Virus record (IMG/VR): IMGVR_UViG_3300033068_001013 | Span: 1,951-65,950 of that record | From: a virus | Lineage: Duplodnaviria; Caudoviricetes | Length of the DNA: 64,000 bases | Strand: one strand, 5' to 3' | Shown here: one piece after another, positions 8,170-16,712 of the stretch | Layout of the letters: every line of letters begins with the position of its first letter | Numbering within the stretch: the stretch's first letter is position 1 | Notes under the pieces: generated by a model | What the model was told of the DNA's origin: nothing | The model's input: the letters and a program-made list of their open reading frames with translations, nothing else | The model's database searches: none | Position numbers and translations under genes: made by a program

Positions 8170-8859
8170 TTACTCCGCGTCCTTCTTCTCCTCCACCGGC
8201 TTAACTCCGAACAGTTCCGCCGCATCCGCGATGTTCGGTTGCTGGATGATGCCCGCTTCAGCCAATTTCTTAAGCATCGCACTCATCAACTGATCTTTCC
8301 CCGCCGCCGAAAACTTCGGACCCTTGTTAAACTTCTTCTCCAGCGGAGTCACAACCTCTTTATGAATCCGCTCCTTCGTCTCCTCCGGCAGTTCTCTGTA
8401 CTTGAATCGCACGCCCGGCAGGCGATCCAACTCCCCTTCCCGCCACCTCACAACGTCCCCAAACCCGATCTTATCCTCATCCTTAACCGTGATCGGTTCG
8501 CCCTTCGTGCTTTTCGTCACCAACCCCGTATGCTTCTTCAACGTGGCCACAATCGCGCGAAACGTCGTCTTGTCCCGTTTCTCCCGAATCGTTTCCGCGT
8601 CCCATTCACTCACGATCACGCGCACCTTGCTGTACAGGACCGGTTTGCCATCCTGCCCAATCCCGACCATCCCCTTGCCTTCCGCAATTTCCTTCGCGGT
8701 AAACTTGACTTCCATTTCCCGCGTCTTTTGTCCCGTAACCACGCCCTTTGCGGTAACGTGTTCTTTCAACACCATCCCGCTCTCAGGCAACTCCAACATC
8801 ATCCGATCATCCTGACGAATGATCACCAAATCATTCACGCCCTGTTCATTGTTCTGCAT
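8170..8859 (-). CDS. hypothetical protein, first gene of the leftward arm
   Basis: ORF track, GGAG SD, strong codon bias. Confidence 0.7.
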   Translation of the reverse strand: MQNNEQGVNDLVIIRQDDRMMLELPESGMVLKEHVTAKGVVTGQKTREMEVKFTAKEIAEGKGMVGIGQDGKPVLYSKVRVIVSEWDAETIREKRDKTTFRAIVATLKKHTGLVTKSTKGEPITVKDEDKIGFGDVVRWREGELDRLPGVRFKYRELPEETKERIHKEVVTPLEKKFNKGPKFSAAGKDQLMSAMLKKLAEAGIIQQPNIADAAELFGVKPVEEKKDAE

Positions 8860-10061
8860 ATGTCACACTCCATTTCAAGGTTAAATCCCGCACTATCGCG
8901 GCGAGTCGCAAAGACTCATTTCAGATAGTCTGTCACCCTATCTCAAAAAAGCCTTTGCACCTTTCCAAGTGCGAAGCTGGCGATGCCCGCGCCACTCTAG
9001 AGGATACCCGCACACGTTAGCAGGAAACATTAGCTGCGTCGTGTGTCAGGTAGACTTTTGACATTCCCCTGAGTCGTCCTAATTTTCAAGGGAAACCGAC
9101 CTCATCAGCCGGAGCGGACCGTCTCGCCCGCATCGTTTTTGCCACTTGTTCCCCACGCGATTCGCTAGGCTAGTTCGCTATGCTCTTCCAGCCTCTACGC
9201 TCTTTCGCGTGTGCGGCGCTTGCCGCTTGCCGCCGGCCGTTCCGTGTCGCGGTCGGTGTCGGTGACGCACTAGGTAAAGCAGGTCCCGTGCCATTCAGGT
9301 TTGTTCGCAGTTGCGAGATAAACCTAACTCCTTTAAAATCAACAACTTACAGCCAACATTAAAACCCCTATCTCGCACTTGCGAAGGTATTAAGGAATTA
9401 ATAATTCGAAATTTCCTTGTAATATCTACTCGATTCGGTGTGTAAAAAGGTGTAAAGTGTTGATTTTAAAGGGTTTATGGGTATGTAACTTCTACCTTCC
9501 CCCTTTACCATAGAAGGAACGTGTGCGCGCTCGCGCGCGTTACCATATATATGTGCCCCTGTCAAGTTGAAAATGAATTTCAACTTCGATTCCAACTCCC
9601 GGCCCGCTCCCGTACCAAGTGTGAAACATCGTTTCACTCTTCAAATTAACACCCCACCCGCACCCCTGTATCACGCACGAAACAACGTTTCACTTGTTAG
9701 TCACCTTAGTTGTCGAAAGGGTGCACCGCACGGGGGATGGATCGTGAAATGGTGTTCAAAAAATTTTTATTTTTTTTTTCTGGCATCATACCAAGTGTGT
9801 GTGTGGATTTTTTTTTAAGAGATCGTAGGGAGATTATTAGAGATTATTAGAAAATTTAAGTTAGATTCTAATCTAATATCAGATCTTACCCCCCCACGGA
9901 TGGAACAACACACACACTGTAAGTCCTTTAAATAGCACTTCGTGTAAAAATAAAAGACTTAACAAAGGTGTGTGTGTGCGATACAGAGGGGGGTAAACTC
10001 TTGAAAAAGGGTTAAAGGGGATTAATTTTGGCAGATTGACTCAAGTGTGTGTGTTGTGTAA
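8860..10061. promoter_or_regulatory. divergent non-coding control region (candidate origin, packaging site or genome-end region)
   Basis: About 1.2 kb with no credible ORF between divergent gene arms; AT-rich tracts, TG repeats, inverted and direct repeats. Confidence 0.6.
9867..9899. repeat. 33-bp intergenic repeat, copy B
   Basis: TCTAATCTAATATCAGATCTTACCCCCCCACGG. Confidence 0.75.
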
Positions 10062-10823
10062 GTGTATACACACAGAGAGGAGATGAGTGAGATGACTTTG
10101 AAAGAAATCATGGAACGGACCTATGGAACTCGCTCCGGGCAACCCGGGTTTAAACAAGTGACGCAATCATACAAAGCGGCGTTGAGGTTTATGGAGGGAG
10201 AGCTGGAGAAGCTGGGGAAGACTGAAAAGGACCTGATGGAGTTTAACGACTGGGAATGGACTCAGTATATGTTGAAACTGAATGTTCATTCCTCAGCGGG
10301 GTTGTATAAAAAGTGTTATAACATGTTGCTGGAATGGTATGAGGAGAATGGAAAACCCGGTGGGGGATTTCCGTTGAAGTCAGGATTGGGATATTTGCGG
10401 AATAGGGAATTGGAGTTTCGAGGACAAGCTAAGCGAGCACGGGGGGTGTCTTATAAAAGAGACCCTAATTTTGTTGAACTGAGTGATGATATCCAAGCTG
10501 AGTTGAACTCAGGAAGTGTTGTAAAGGGGGCTGATAAAAATGGAACAGCGCGTAAAGATTATGAAGGATTTTCTTTTGTCGATAACCTTAATCAGTTTGC
10601 TGATAGGCGGCGGGCTGATTTGGCGAAAAGCAATGAGAGTGATGGACTCGATAGAGAGAACGAGTATTCAGACCGAGAAGTTGGTGACAGTGTATGCACA
10701 AGTGGCGGGGAGCGAGAAGAACCAGAAAGCGGTCGAAGCGAGTCTGGCGGCAGCAGCGACGTGGCAAGCGACCGGGAGGTTGACGAATACAGTGGTGATC
10801 CCGGAGATCACGAGAACGATTAA
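10062..10823 (+). CDS. hypothetical protein; C-terminal part overlaps the next gene out of frame
   Basis: ORF track; the last ~90 aa have shadow-frame composition. Confidence 0.55.
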   Translation: MYTHREEMSEMTLKEIMERTYGTRSGQPGFKQVTQSYKAALRFMEGELEKLGKTEKDLMEFNDWEWTQYMLKLNVHSSAGLYKKCYNMLLEWYEENGKPGGGFPLKSGLGYLRNRELEFRGQAKRARGVSYKRDPNFVELSDDIQAELNSGSVVKGADKNGTARKDYEGFSFVDNLNQFADRRRADLAKSNESDGLDRENEYSDREVGDSVCTSGGEREEPESGRSESGGSSDVASDREVDEYSGDPGDHEND

Positions 10824-11247
10824 GAGTGCGACAAAGGCGATTGATAATGTGGGGCGGTTAAGTGCGACAGTAAATCGAGAAGTGGAGGTTCAAAGTGGGG
10901 AAGCGCAGAAGACTCAGGAAGAAGTTAGAGAAACACTCATTGGAATTCAGAACTCAATTCAAGATGTTAAAGAAACAACACAGGGACTTGCAAAAACTGG
11001 AGAACGACTCGCTGAGGAATTGGGAGCTGATGTCACCAGAAGTACGAGAAAGGTTGATGAAGTTATTGAACAGTTGAGAGTGAGTGCGCAACATATGTCG
11101 ATTGTAACAGCAAACGCCGAACAGGCGAGTCAGTCGATGCCAGCCATAGCTAAAGGGTTGGAGAAGGTAGCGGGACGTGCGCCGACGTATCAGAAGATTG
11201 GAACAATCTTGGCAATTGGTTTGGGGTTGGCGAATATTTTTCGATAA
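10540..11247 (+). CDS. membrane-anchored coiled-coil protein
   Basis: N-terminal TM (FLLSITLISLLIGGGLIW), long heptad region, C-terminal hydrophobic helix. Confidence 0.7.
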   Translation: MEQRVKIMKDFLLSITLISLLIGGGLIWRKAMRVMDSIERTSIQTEKLVTVYAQVAGSEKNQKAVEASLAAAATWQATGRLTNTVVIPEITRTIKSATKAIDNVGRLSATVNREVEVQSGEAQKTQEEVRETLIGIQNSIQDVKETTQGLAKTGERLAEELGADVTRSTRKVDEVIEQLRVSAQHMSIVTANAEQASQSMPAIAKGLEKVAGRAPTYQKIGTILAIGLGLANIFR

Positions 11248-11256
11248 GGAGGGGAT

Positions 11257-11523
11257 ATGACAATTAAGGCTGTGTGTGTTGGGGGCCCAAAGGATGGAGA
11301 AACGTTGGAGTTTGTTGAGGGGCGGGTGCTGAAGGTAGGGTTTATTGGAAGTGAGGGTACTCAGGAGTTTAAATATAAGGTGCACTCTTTCAGTCCTCGT
11401 GACAGTGATCAAGTGGTTTGGTTAGCGGGAGATGAAAATTTCTCCGCATGGGAAGTTTTGCAAGAACTTGTGGAAAGTCACAAGAGTCATATGATGTATC
11501 TTAAATATATGAAGGAGTATTGA
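11257..11523 (+). CDS. hypothetical protein
   Basis: ORF track, strong SD. Confidence 0.6.
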   Translation: MTIKAVCVGGPKDGETLEFVEGRVLKVGFIGSEGTQEFKYKVHSFSPRDSDQVVWLAGDENFSAWEVLQELVESHKSHMMYLKYMKEY

Positions 11524-11524
11524 A

Positions 11525-12217
11525 ATGGCTGTTGAAGTTGGAAAGAGAGTCAAAGGTGGTCCAAATATCCCGTTTGGGGCTAAAGTTATCACCGGAGCCG
11601 CGCGGGCGATTAATGGGGTTGAGGTTGAACAGGGAATTTTTAATTTGCTGAAGCAAGCTTCCCATGAACTTGGGCTGGATGAACAGGAACTGGGAAAGTT
11701 GTTTGAGGCTAAGAAGCGTCAGTGGCCGGAACTTGGGAAGTTGAATGTGGCCTTCCCAATGTTGCAGATTGCAGTGTGGGGATGGGTTTATGAAGATGGA
11801 GCTGTTGGAGCTAAGATCTTGATGAGGACCGATTCTCAGAGACATAAAGAGATGTTGATTGGGGTGGAAGATCGGGAACGGGGGGTGAGGAAAGAATATA
11901 AGTGTGAGATCGGTCCCGAAGCTCGCCCGGATGATATGCGGGAAAAGCTGGGCTTGACGATTTTGATTGAGATTGAATTGCCGGATGGGAAGAGAGATAT
12001 GGTTGAGGCACCTACGATGGCTGCGCCAACGATTCCAGAACCGAAGAAGGTGAATGTGCAGGAAGTGATCAATGAGGTGCTTAAACCAGATACTCCTGGA
12101 CGGGATATGACCGAAGCCGAGTTGGTCGCGGACTTGCCGAAATTGGAAGTGGAGAAAGAGGAACCCCGGGTACCAATTCGTCGGCCAAAAATTGAAATCG
12201 GAAAGGGAGCAAAGTGA
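11525..12217 (+). CDS. hypothetical protein
   Basis: ORF track. Confidence 0.65.
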   Translation: MAVEVGKRVKGGPNIPFGAKVITGAARAINGVEVEQGIFNLLKQASHELGLDEQELGKLFEAKKRQWPELGKLNVAFPMLQIAVWGWVYEDGAVGAKILMRTDSQRHKEMLIGVEDRERGVRKEYKCEIGPEARPDDMREKLGLTILIEIELPDGKRDMVEAPTMAAPTIPEPKKVNVQEVINEVLKPDTPGRDMTEAELVADLPKLEVEKEEPRVPIRRPKIEIGKGAK

Positions 12218-12292
12218 GTTATAGCGATAAAGTAATCTGGGTACGAGACCGATTTAAGCGCGAAGAGAATCGTGTTATGATCGGGGAGGAGA

Positions 12293-12586
12293 TTGATAAG
12301 ATTCTTAAATGGGCAAAGGAATATGATGAGATTCATTCTAAGGCTGGTAGTAACCGGGAAGCAGATCGTGGAAGCGATTCAGGGGTTGACAGAGGAAGTG
12401 AGGCGTCTTCGAGTAGCTCTCGTTCCGGAACTTCCCGAGATGACAGACGAGAAGGATGTGAGACTGGTGAAGACTCTAAACTTGAACCCCCCTTCTGATG
12501 GAAGAATCTCAGGAGATGAGTGGTCTAAAGGTGTGTTGAATGAATTCGCACCACGTCGAAACTACTGGGAGGGTGATCGTGGATAA
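12293..12586 (+). CDS. hypothetical protein
   Basis: ORF track. Confidence 0.45.
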   Translation: MIRFLNGQRNMMRFILRLVVTGKQIVEAIQGLTEEVRRLRVALVPELPEMTDEKDVRLVKTLNLNPPSDGRISGDEWSKGVLNEFAPRRNYWEGDRG

Positions 12587-13229
12587 GGATAAAGTTGGAA
12601 TGGTAGTGTACAAACAGGCGGGGGACTTTATGGTCCCCCCTGTTGGGGACGTAGTGGCCGCGAGAGAAGGGGAAAGTGGGACAGTGGATTGGGTACTTGG
12701 ACAGGCTCTCGGGCCCAGAAAAGAAGCTTTGGGATGGTTGGAAGGGTTGGTTAAGAGTACAGACTTGTTCGAAGTTCCCATAGGACGAATGGTGCTGGCG
12801 GCAAAGACTTGGATTGAACAGGGGGAGAGGTGGGATTGGAACAAAGCCGCCGCAGTTGCGGGAGTGAGTAGTGAACAGGTGATGAGTGAGTTGGCGAAGG
12901 GGATGAGACAACTTGGGCAGATGACTGCCATGGTGAAGATGGCAAGGGAGTTGCCAAAGGTTGCGGAGGCCACTATTGAGAGTGCGCAAATTTTGGGCAA
13001 AGAAGGATTTAGTGATCGGGAGATGGTGTTGAAAATGATGGGATTGGTGGAGAGTAAAGGGGGAGTACAGGTTAACGTTCAGCAGAATAATGTGAATAGG
13101 ATGGAAGGATTGAAGGGGGGAGGACTTGCACCTCTGAAGCAATTCACTGAAGGTGCGGAAGAGATTGACGGGATGTTTAGAGAAGGTCAGATTGTAGATG
13201 CGGAGATTGTGGAAGAGAGAAGGGAATAA
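12540..13229 (+). CDS. putative terminase small subunit
   Basis: Immediately upstream of TerL and coupled to it; HTH-like WNKAAAVAGVSSEQV; C-terminal VQVNVQQNN pattern. Confidence 0.5.
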   Translation: MNSHHVETTGRVIVDKDKVGMVVYKQAGDFMVPPVGDVVAAREGESGTVDWVLGQALGPRKEALGWLEGLVKSTDLFEVPIGRMVLAAKTWIEQGERWDWNKAAAVAGVSSEQVMSELAKGMRQLGQMTAMVKMARELPKVAEATIESAQILGKEGFSDREMVLKMMGLVESKGGVQVNVQQNNVNRMEGLKGGGLAPLKQFTEGAEEIDGMFREGQIVDAEIVEERRE

Positions 13230-15415
13230 TGTATCATCCAGAGATTACTACAAAAAATTTACTACGAGCAGAGAGATTAATTCGGGAGAGGTATAAACTT
13301 CCGGCTAAGTGGGTATGGAAGGAACCATCGGATGATGAGTGGTATACAATGGATAGCCACTTCCGGGAGTTGGTGGATGATAAAGGGAAATTGATTCGAG
13401 AGTTGAAACCAGAGGAGGAACTGTGGAGGTTTTGTGAGGCCCAACGGGCGAAGCTGGATTTTGAGTATTATATGAAACGGTACGTCAAGATCCTGGATTG
13501 GTCCGGACAGTTGGTTAGGTTTAAACCGAATGTGGCGCAAAGGATTTTTTTAGATATCGTAGCAGAGTCCGAGTTGAAATATCTGGCGCAGATGTATCAG
13601 ATATTGAAGGCGAGGCAAGAGGGATTTACTACGATATTTCAAATTTTGTTGAGTCAAAGGATATTTTTTCACAGGAATGTCAATGCGATCACTGGATCAG
13701 CTTCTGAGAAGAAGTCCCGGAAGATGGTGCAAAAGATTGAAAAGATTTGGCAGGAGCTGCCATGGTGGATTCGGCCGAGACGCACATCGTTTGAGTCAGG
13801 GGAAAGAATGGAGTTTGGTGATCTGGGCTCCGGAATTTGGGTTCAGTGGGGAAATCAAAAGAGTGGTATTGGGCGCGGCGACACGGCGACGGTCGCGCAT
13901 TTGAGCGAGCTTGCTTCGTTTGAAAACGCGGATGAATTGGTGGATGCTTCGCTGGTAAGAGCAATGCACGAGAATCCGTTTGCGTTGTTGGGATTAGAGA
14001 GCACGGCGGAAGGATTGGGGAACTGGTGGCATCGTACGTGGCAGACGATGGTGGATATGGACTCGGAGGGGTTGGCGAGATATAAACCTTTATTCTTTCC
14101 TTGGTACGTAGCGAAGGATATTTATCCAACAAAAGGATGGTTGCGGAGACGCCCAATTCCGGACGGTTGGGAGGTTCCGGAGCACATCGAACGACACGCA
14201 GATGCTGCACAGGCGTATGTGAGAAGTTCGAAGATATTGAATAAGTATCTTGGTGAGGGGTGGCAAATGCCCCGAGAACAGAAATGGTTTTATCATGTAG
14301 AGTATCTGGAGGCTTCGAAGAAGAAGACATTGGGATTGTTTCTACAAGAAATGCCCGCTACGCCGGAGGAAGCTTTTCAAGCTTCTAATCCAAGTGTGTT
14401 TCCTATTGAGGTTTTGACAAGAGCACGCACAGAAGCTAATGCAAGTGTACCTGAATGGGTGGGGCAAATTGGGGGAAGGGATATTAGTGACGCGTATGAT
14501 TTTCATGGTCCAGCTATTGGGCAGAAAATGTTGAAGTGTTATCGGCCGAACGGAGAGGTCCGGGAAGAGTTTGAGTTGAATGAATTGGAATTGAAGCAAT
14601 GGCCAGAGACGGATGTGGATGGGAAGGTTTATATCTGGGAATGGCCCAAGGTTGGGGAGGAATATGGGATAGGCGTAGACCCCAGTGAAGGCGTCGGAGG
14701 TGATGGAGATGATGCGGTTATTTCGATTATTAAAAAAGCAACTCCCGAACATCCGGATATTCAGGTGGCTGAGTGGGCATCGAATCGCGTTGGGCCGCAT
14801 GATTTGTGGGCATGGATATTTGCTCTGGGGCACTTGTTCACAACTTTAAAGCGGTCAGGGGGGTTTAGTTATCCACATATTGTTATCGAAACCAATATAG
14901 CTGCCGGGGATGCGTCACAAACCGAGATTGTCAAACGTGGATGGCCAATGAGTTGTTTGCATTTTGAGCAGGATCTTACGAGACCATTACAGAATGCTCG
15001 GATGTTGGATCGAGGAGACGCGAAGTTGGGATGGAGAACTACTCGGGCCAATCGTCCAAAGGCTCTGAGTTTGTTTCGGAAAATGGTGAGGGACGGAAGT
15101 TTTGTTGCTAAGTCTCCATCTTTGGTAAATCAAATGGCGACGTTGGAATATAATACTGACAAACAACGCATCGCGGCTGCTGCCGGGAATCATGATGATC
15201 GGGTACTGGCTAGTGCGATTTTGTTATGTTCGTGGTATGATCCAGAAGTTCGAGGGGAACGTGGACCGCAAGCCTGGGAAGAGGCTAAGAAGTCCATGAA
15301 AGAACTTGAGTTTAGGCCAGCGTATTCATCGCAAGTGTTTGGAGGAAGGGCCCGAGGTACTTCACCTGTGGTGAAGGTTTTAGATGGTCGATCTTTATAT
15401 AAACTTTTATCTTAG
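13229..15415 (+). CDS. terL: terminase large subunit
   Basis: Walker A ILKARQEGFTT, Walker B AHLSELA, ESTAEG coupling motif, RNase-H YGIGVDPSEG, HDDRVLA. Confidence 0.93.
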   Translation: MYHPEITTKNLLRAERLIRERYKLPAKWVWKEPSDDEWYTMDSHFRELVDDKGKLIRELKPEEELWRFCEAQRAKLDFEYYMKRYVKILDWSGQLVRFKPNVAQRIFLDIVAESELKYLAQMYQILKARQEGFTTIFQILLSQRIFFHRNVNAITGSASEKKSRKMVQKIEKIWQELPWWIRPRRTSFESGERMEFGDLGSGIWVQWGNQKSGIGRGDTATVAHLSELASFENADELVDASLVRAMHENPFALLGLESTAEGLGNWWHRTWQTMVDMDSEGLARYKPLFFPWYVAKDIYPTKGWLRRRPIPDGWEVPEHIERHADAAQAYVRSSKILNKYLGEGWQMPREQKWFYHVEYLEASKKKTLGLFLQEMPATPEEAFQASNPSVFPIEVLTRARTEANASVPEWVGQIGGRDISDAYDFHGPAIGQKMLKCYRPNGEVREEFELNELELKQWPETDVDGKVYIWEWPKVGEEYGIGVDPSEGVGGDGDDAVISIIKKATPEHPDIQVAEWASNRVGPHDLWAWIFALGHLFTTLKRSGGFSYPHIVIETNIAAGDASQTEIVKRGWPMSCLHFEQDLTRPLQNARMLDRGDAKLGWRTTRANRPKALSLFRKMVRDGSFVAKSPSLVNQMATLEYNTDKQRIAAAAGNHDDRVLASAILLCSWYDPEVRGERGPQAWEEAKKSMKELEFRPAYSSQVFGGRARGTSPVVKVLDGRSLYKLLS

Positions 15416-15424
15416 GAGTTTGCG

Positions 15425-16168
15425 TTGAAAAGTAAGAGTAAGAAGGTTGGGTTTTTGAGTGACATACATTTTCCTTTCCATAATCCAAAGCATGTTGGAA
15501 TTGCTTTGGATTTTATGGAGGATTATAAGCCAGATGTTATTGTACTCGGGGGAGATATTTATGATTTCTACCCCATTAGTCGATTTAATCACAGTCCCTC
15601 CCGTCGGCATACTATCCAGGAAGAAATTGATTCCGCTAAGTGGTTTATTCAGGCAATTGATGAGCTGGCTCCGAGAGTGGTGTTTATTAAGGGAAATCAC
15701 GAAGGGCGGTTTTCAAGGACACTGGCGGATACTCCGAGTTTGTATGACTTGAGGGCGCTGGAGTTTCGGAAAGTTTTGGATTTGCCAGAGTCTTGGGAGG
15801 TAGTGGAAAATCAAAAAGGGTTTATGTATGGTGGGGTGTATTGGATTCATGGAGATGTAAAAGGAGTTAGTGAACGAGTGATGTACCCTGCTGCGGCAAT
15901 GTTGAGATATCTCAGGACTACATTTGTGTGTGGGCATTATCACCGTCCAGGAGTTGCTTATCAGAATGATTTTGATGGATTGCCAGATGCTGGTTGGGTG
16001 AATGGGCATTTGAGTAGCGAAGAAGCTTCGGAGGAATATATTACGAAACCAAACTGGCAATCGGGGTTTATTTCAGCCGAAGTAAACGAAGAGTGGCATC
16101 TGCCAGAAGTTACTCAGCATATAATCTATGGTGATAGGATGTTGAGTGGTGGGAAGATTTATCAGTGA
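15425..16168 (+). CDS. calcineurin-like metallophosphoesterase
   Basis: SDIH, GGDIYD, GNHE, HGD and GHYH motifs; TTG start with AGGAG SD. Confidence 0.9.
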   Translation: MKSKSKKVGFLSDIHFPFHNPKHVGIALDFMEDYKPDVIVLGGDIYDFYPISRFNHSPSRRHTIQEEIDSAKWFIQAIDELAPRVVFIKGNHEGRFSRTLADTPSLYDLRALEFRKVLDLPESWEVVENQKGFMYGGVYWIHGDVKGVSERVMYPAAAMLRYLRTTFVCGHYHRPGVAYQNDFDGLPDAGWVNGHLSSEEASEEYITKPNWQSGFISAEVNEEWHLPEVTQHIIYGDRMLSGGKIYQ

Positions 16169-16176
16169 GAGGAAAT

Positions 16177-16674
16177 ATGAAACCCTTACATTCCTTTGAG
16201 TGTCCAGAAGGGCACCAGTTTGAGAAGCAAGTAAAGTGGAACCAAGAACAATCCAAGTGCCCCGAATGTGGGGCACAGGCGGAGAGGGTGTATATGAGCC
16301 GACGTTCTCCGCATCAACAATTCAGTCAACCGATTGTGATGTGGAGATATCAGGATGGGAAGCTGGGAATTGCCGGACGAGCGGATTCACGTACACCTGC
16401 CAATGCTGACCGAATCGAGATCAACAACATGGGCGAGTATCGGCGATATGTGAAAGAATTGAATGCTCAACATCGCAGTGCGGAGTCTCGTCAAGAAGAA
16501 AGGTATTTGGAACAGGTGGAAGAATATCTCGCTCCTGGAAATCGTGAATTGGCGAGGTTGGCTGCACAGGAATCGGACCCAATGGCAAAGGCAATTTTGC
16601 TGGAGGGTTTGAAAGCGAGCTATGACAAATCTCCCCAGTTTCGAGAATGGTACTCGGAGGTTATGGAATCCTAA
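16177..16674 (+). CDS. FmdB-like zinc-ribbon protein
   Basis: FECPEGHQFE...CPECGAQAERV. Confidence 0.7.
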   Translation: MKPLHSFECPEGHQFEKQVKWNQEQSKCPECGAQAERVYMSRRSPHQQFSQPIVMWRYQDGKLGIAGRADSRTPANADRIEINNMGEYRRYVKELNAQHRSAESRQEERYLEQVEEYLAPGNRELARLAAQESDPMAKAILLEGLKASYDKSPQFREWYSEVMES

Positions 16675-16712
16675 ACGCAGTTACTATAAACACTTAAACA
16701 AGTGAGGTCACA

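Noticed and set aside
8239-8928. 229-aa + strand ORF mirroring 8170..8859
   Set aside because: Antisense shadow; composition is not protein-like.
9060-9125. CTGATGAG...GAAA on the minus strand, hammerhead-like
   Set aside because: Stems I, II and III cannot be formed around the core in the required geometry.
8860-10061. CRISPR mini-array or DGR
   Set aside because: No regularly spaced repeats with unique spacers, and no reverse transcriptase or TR/VR pair anywhere in the window.
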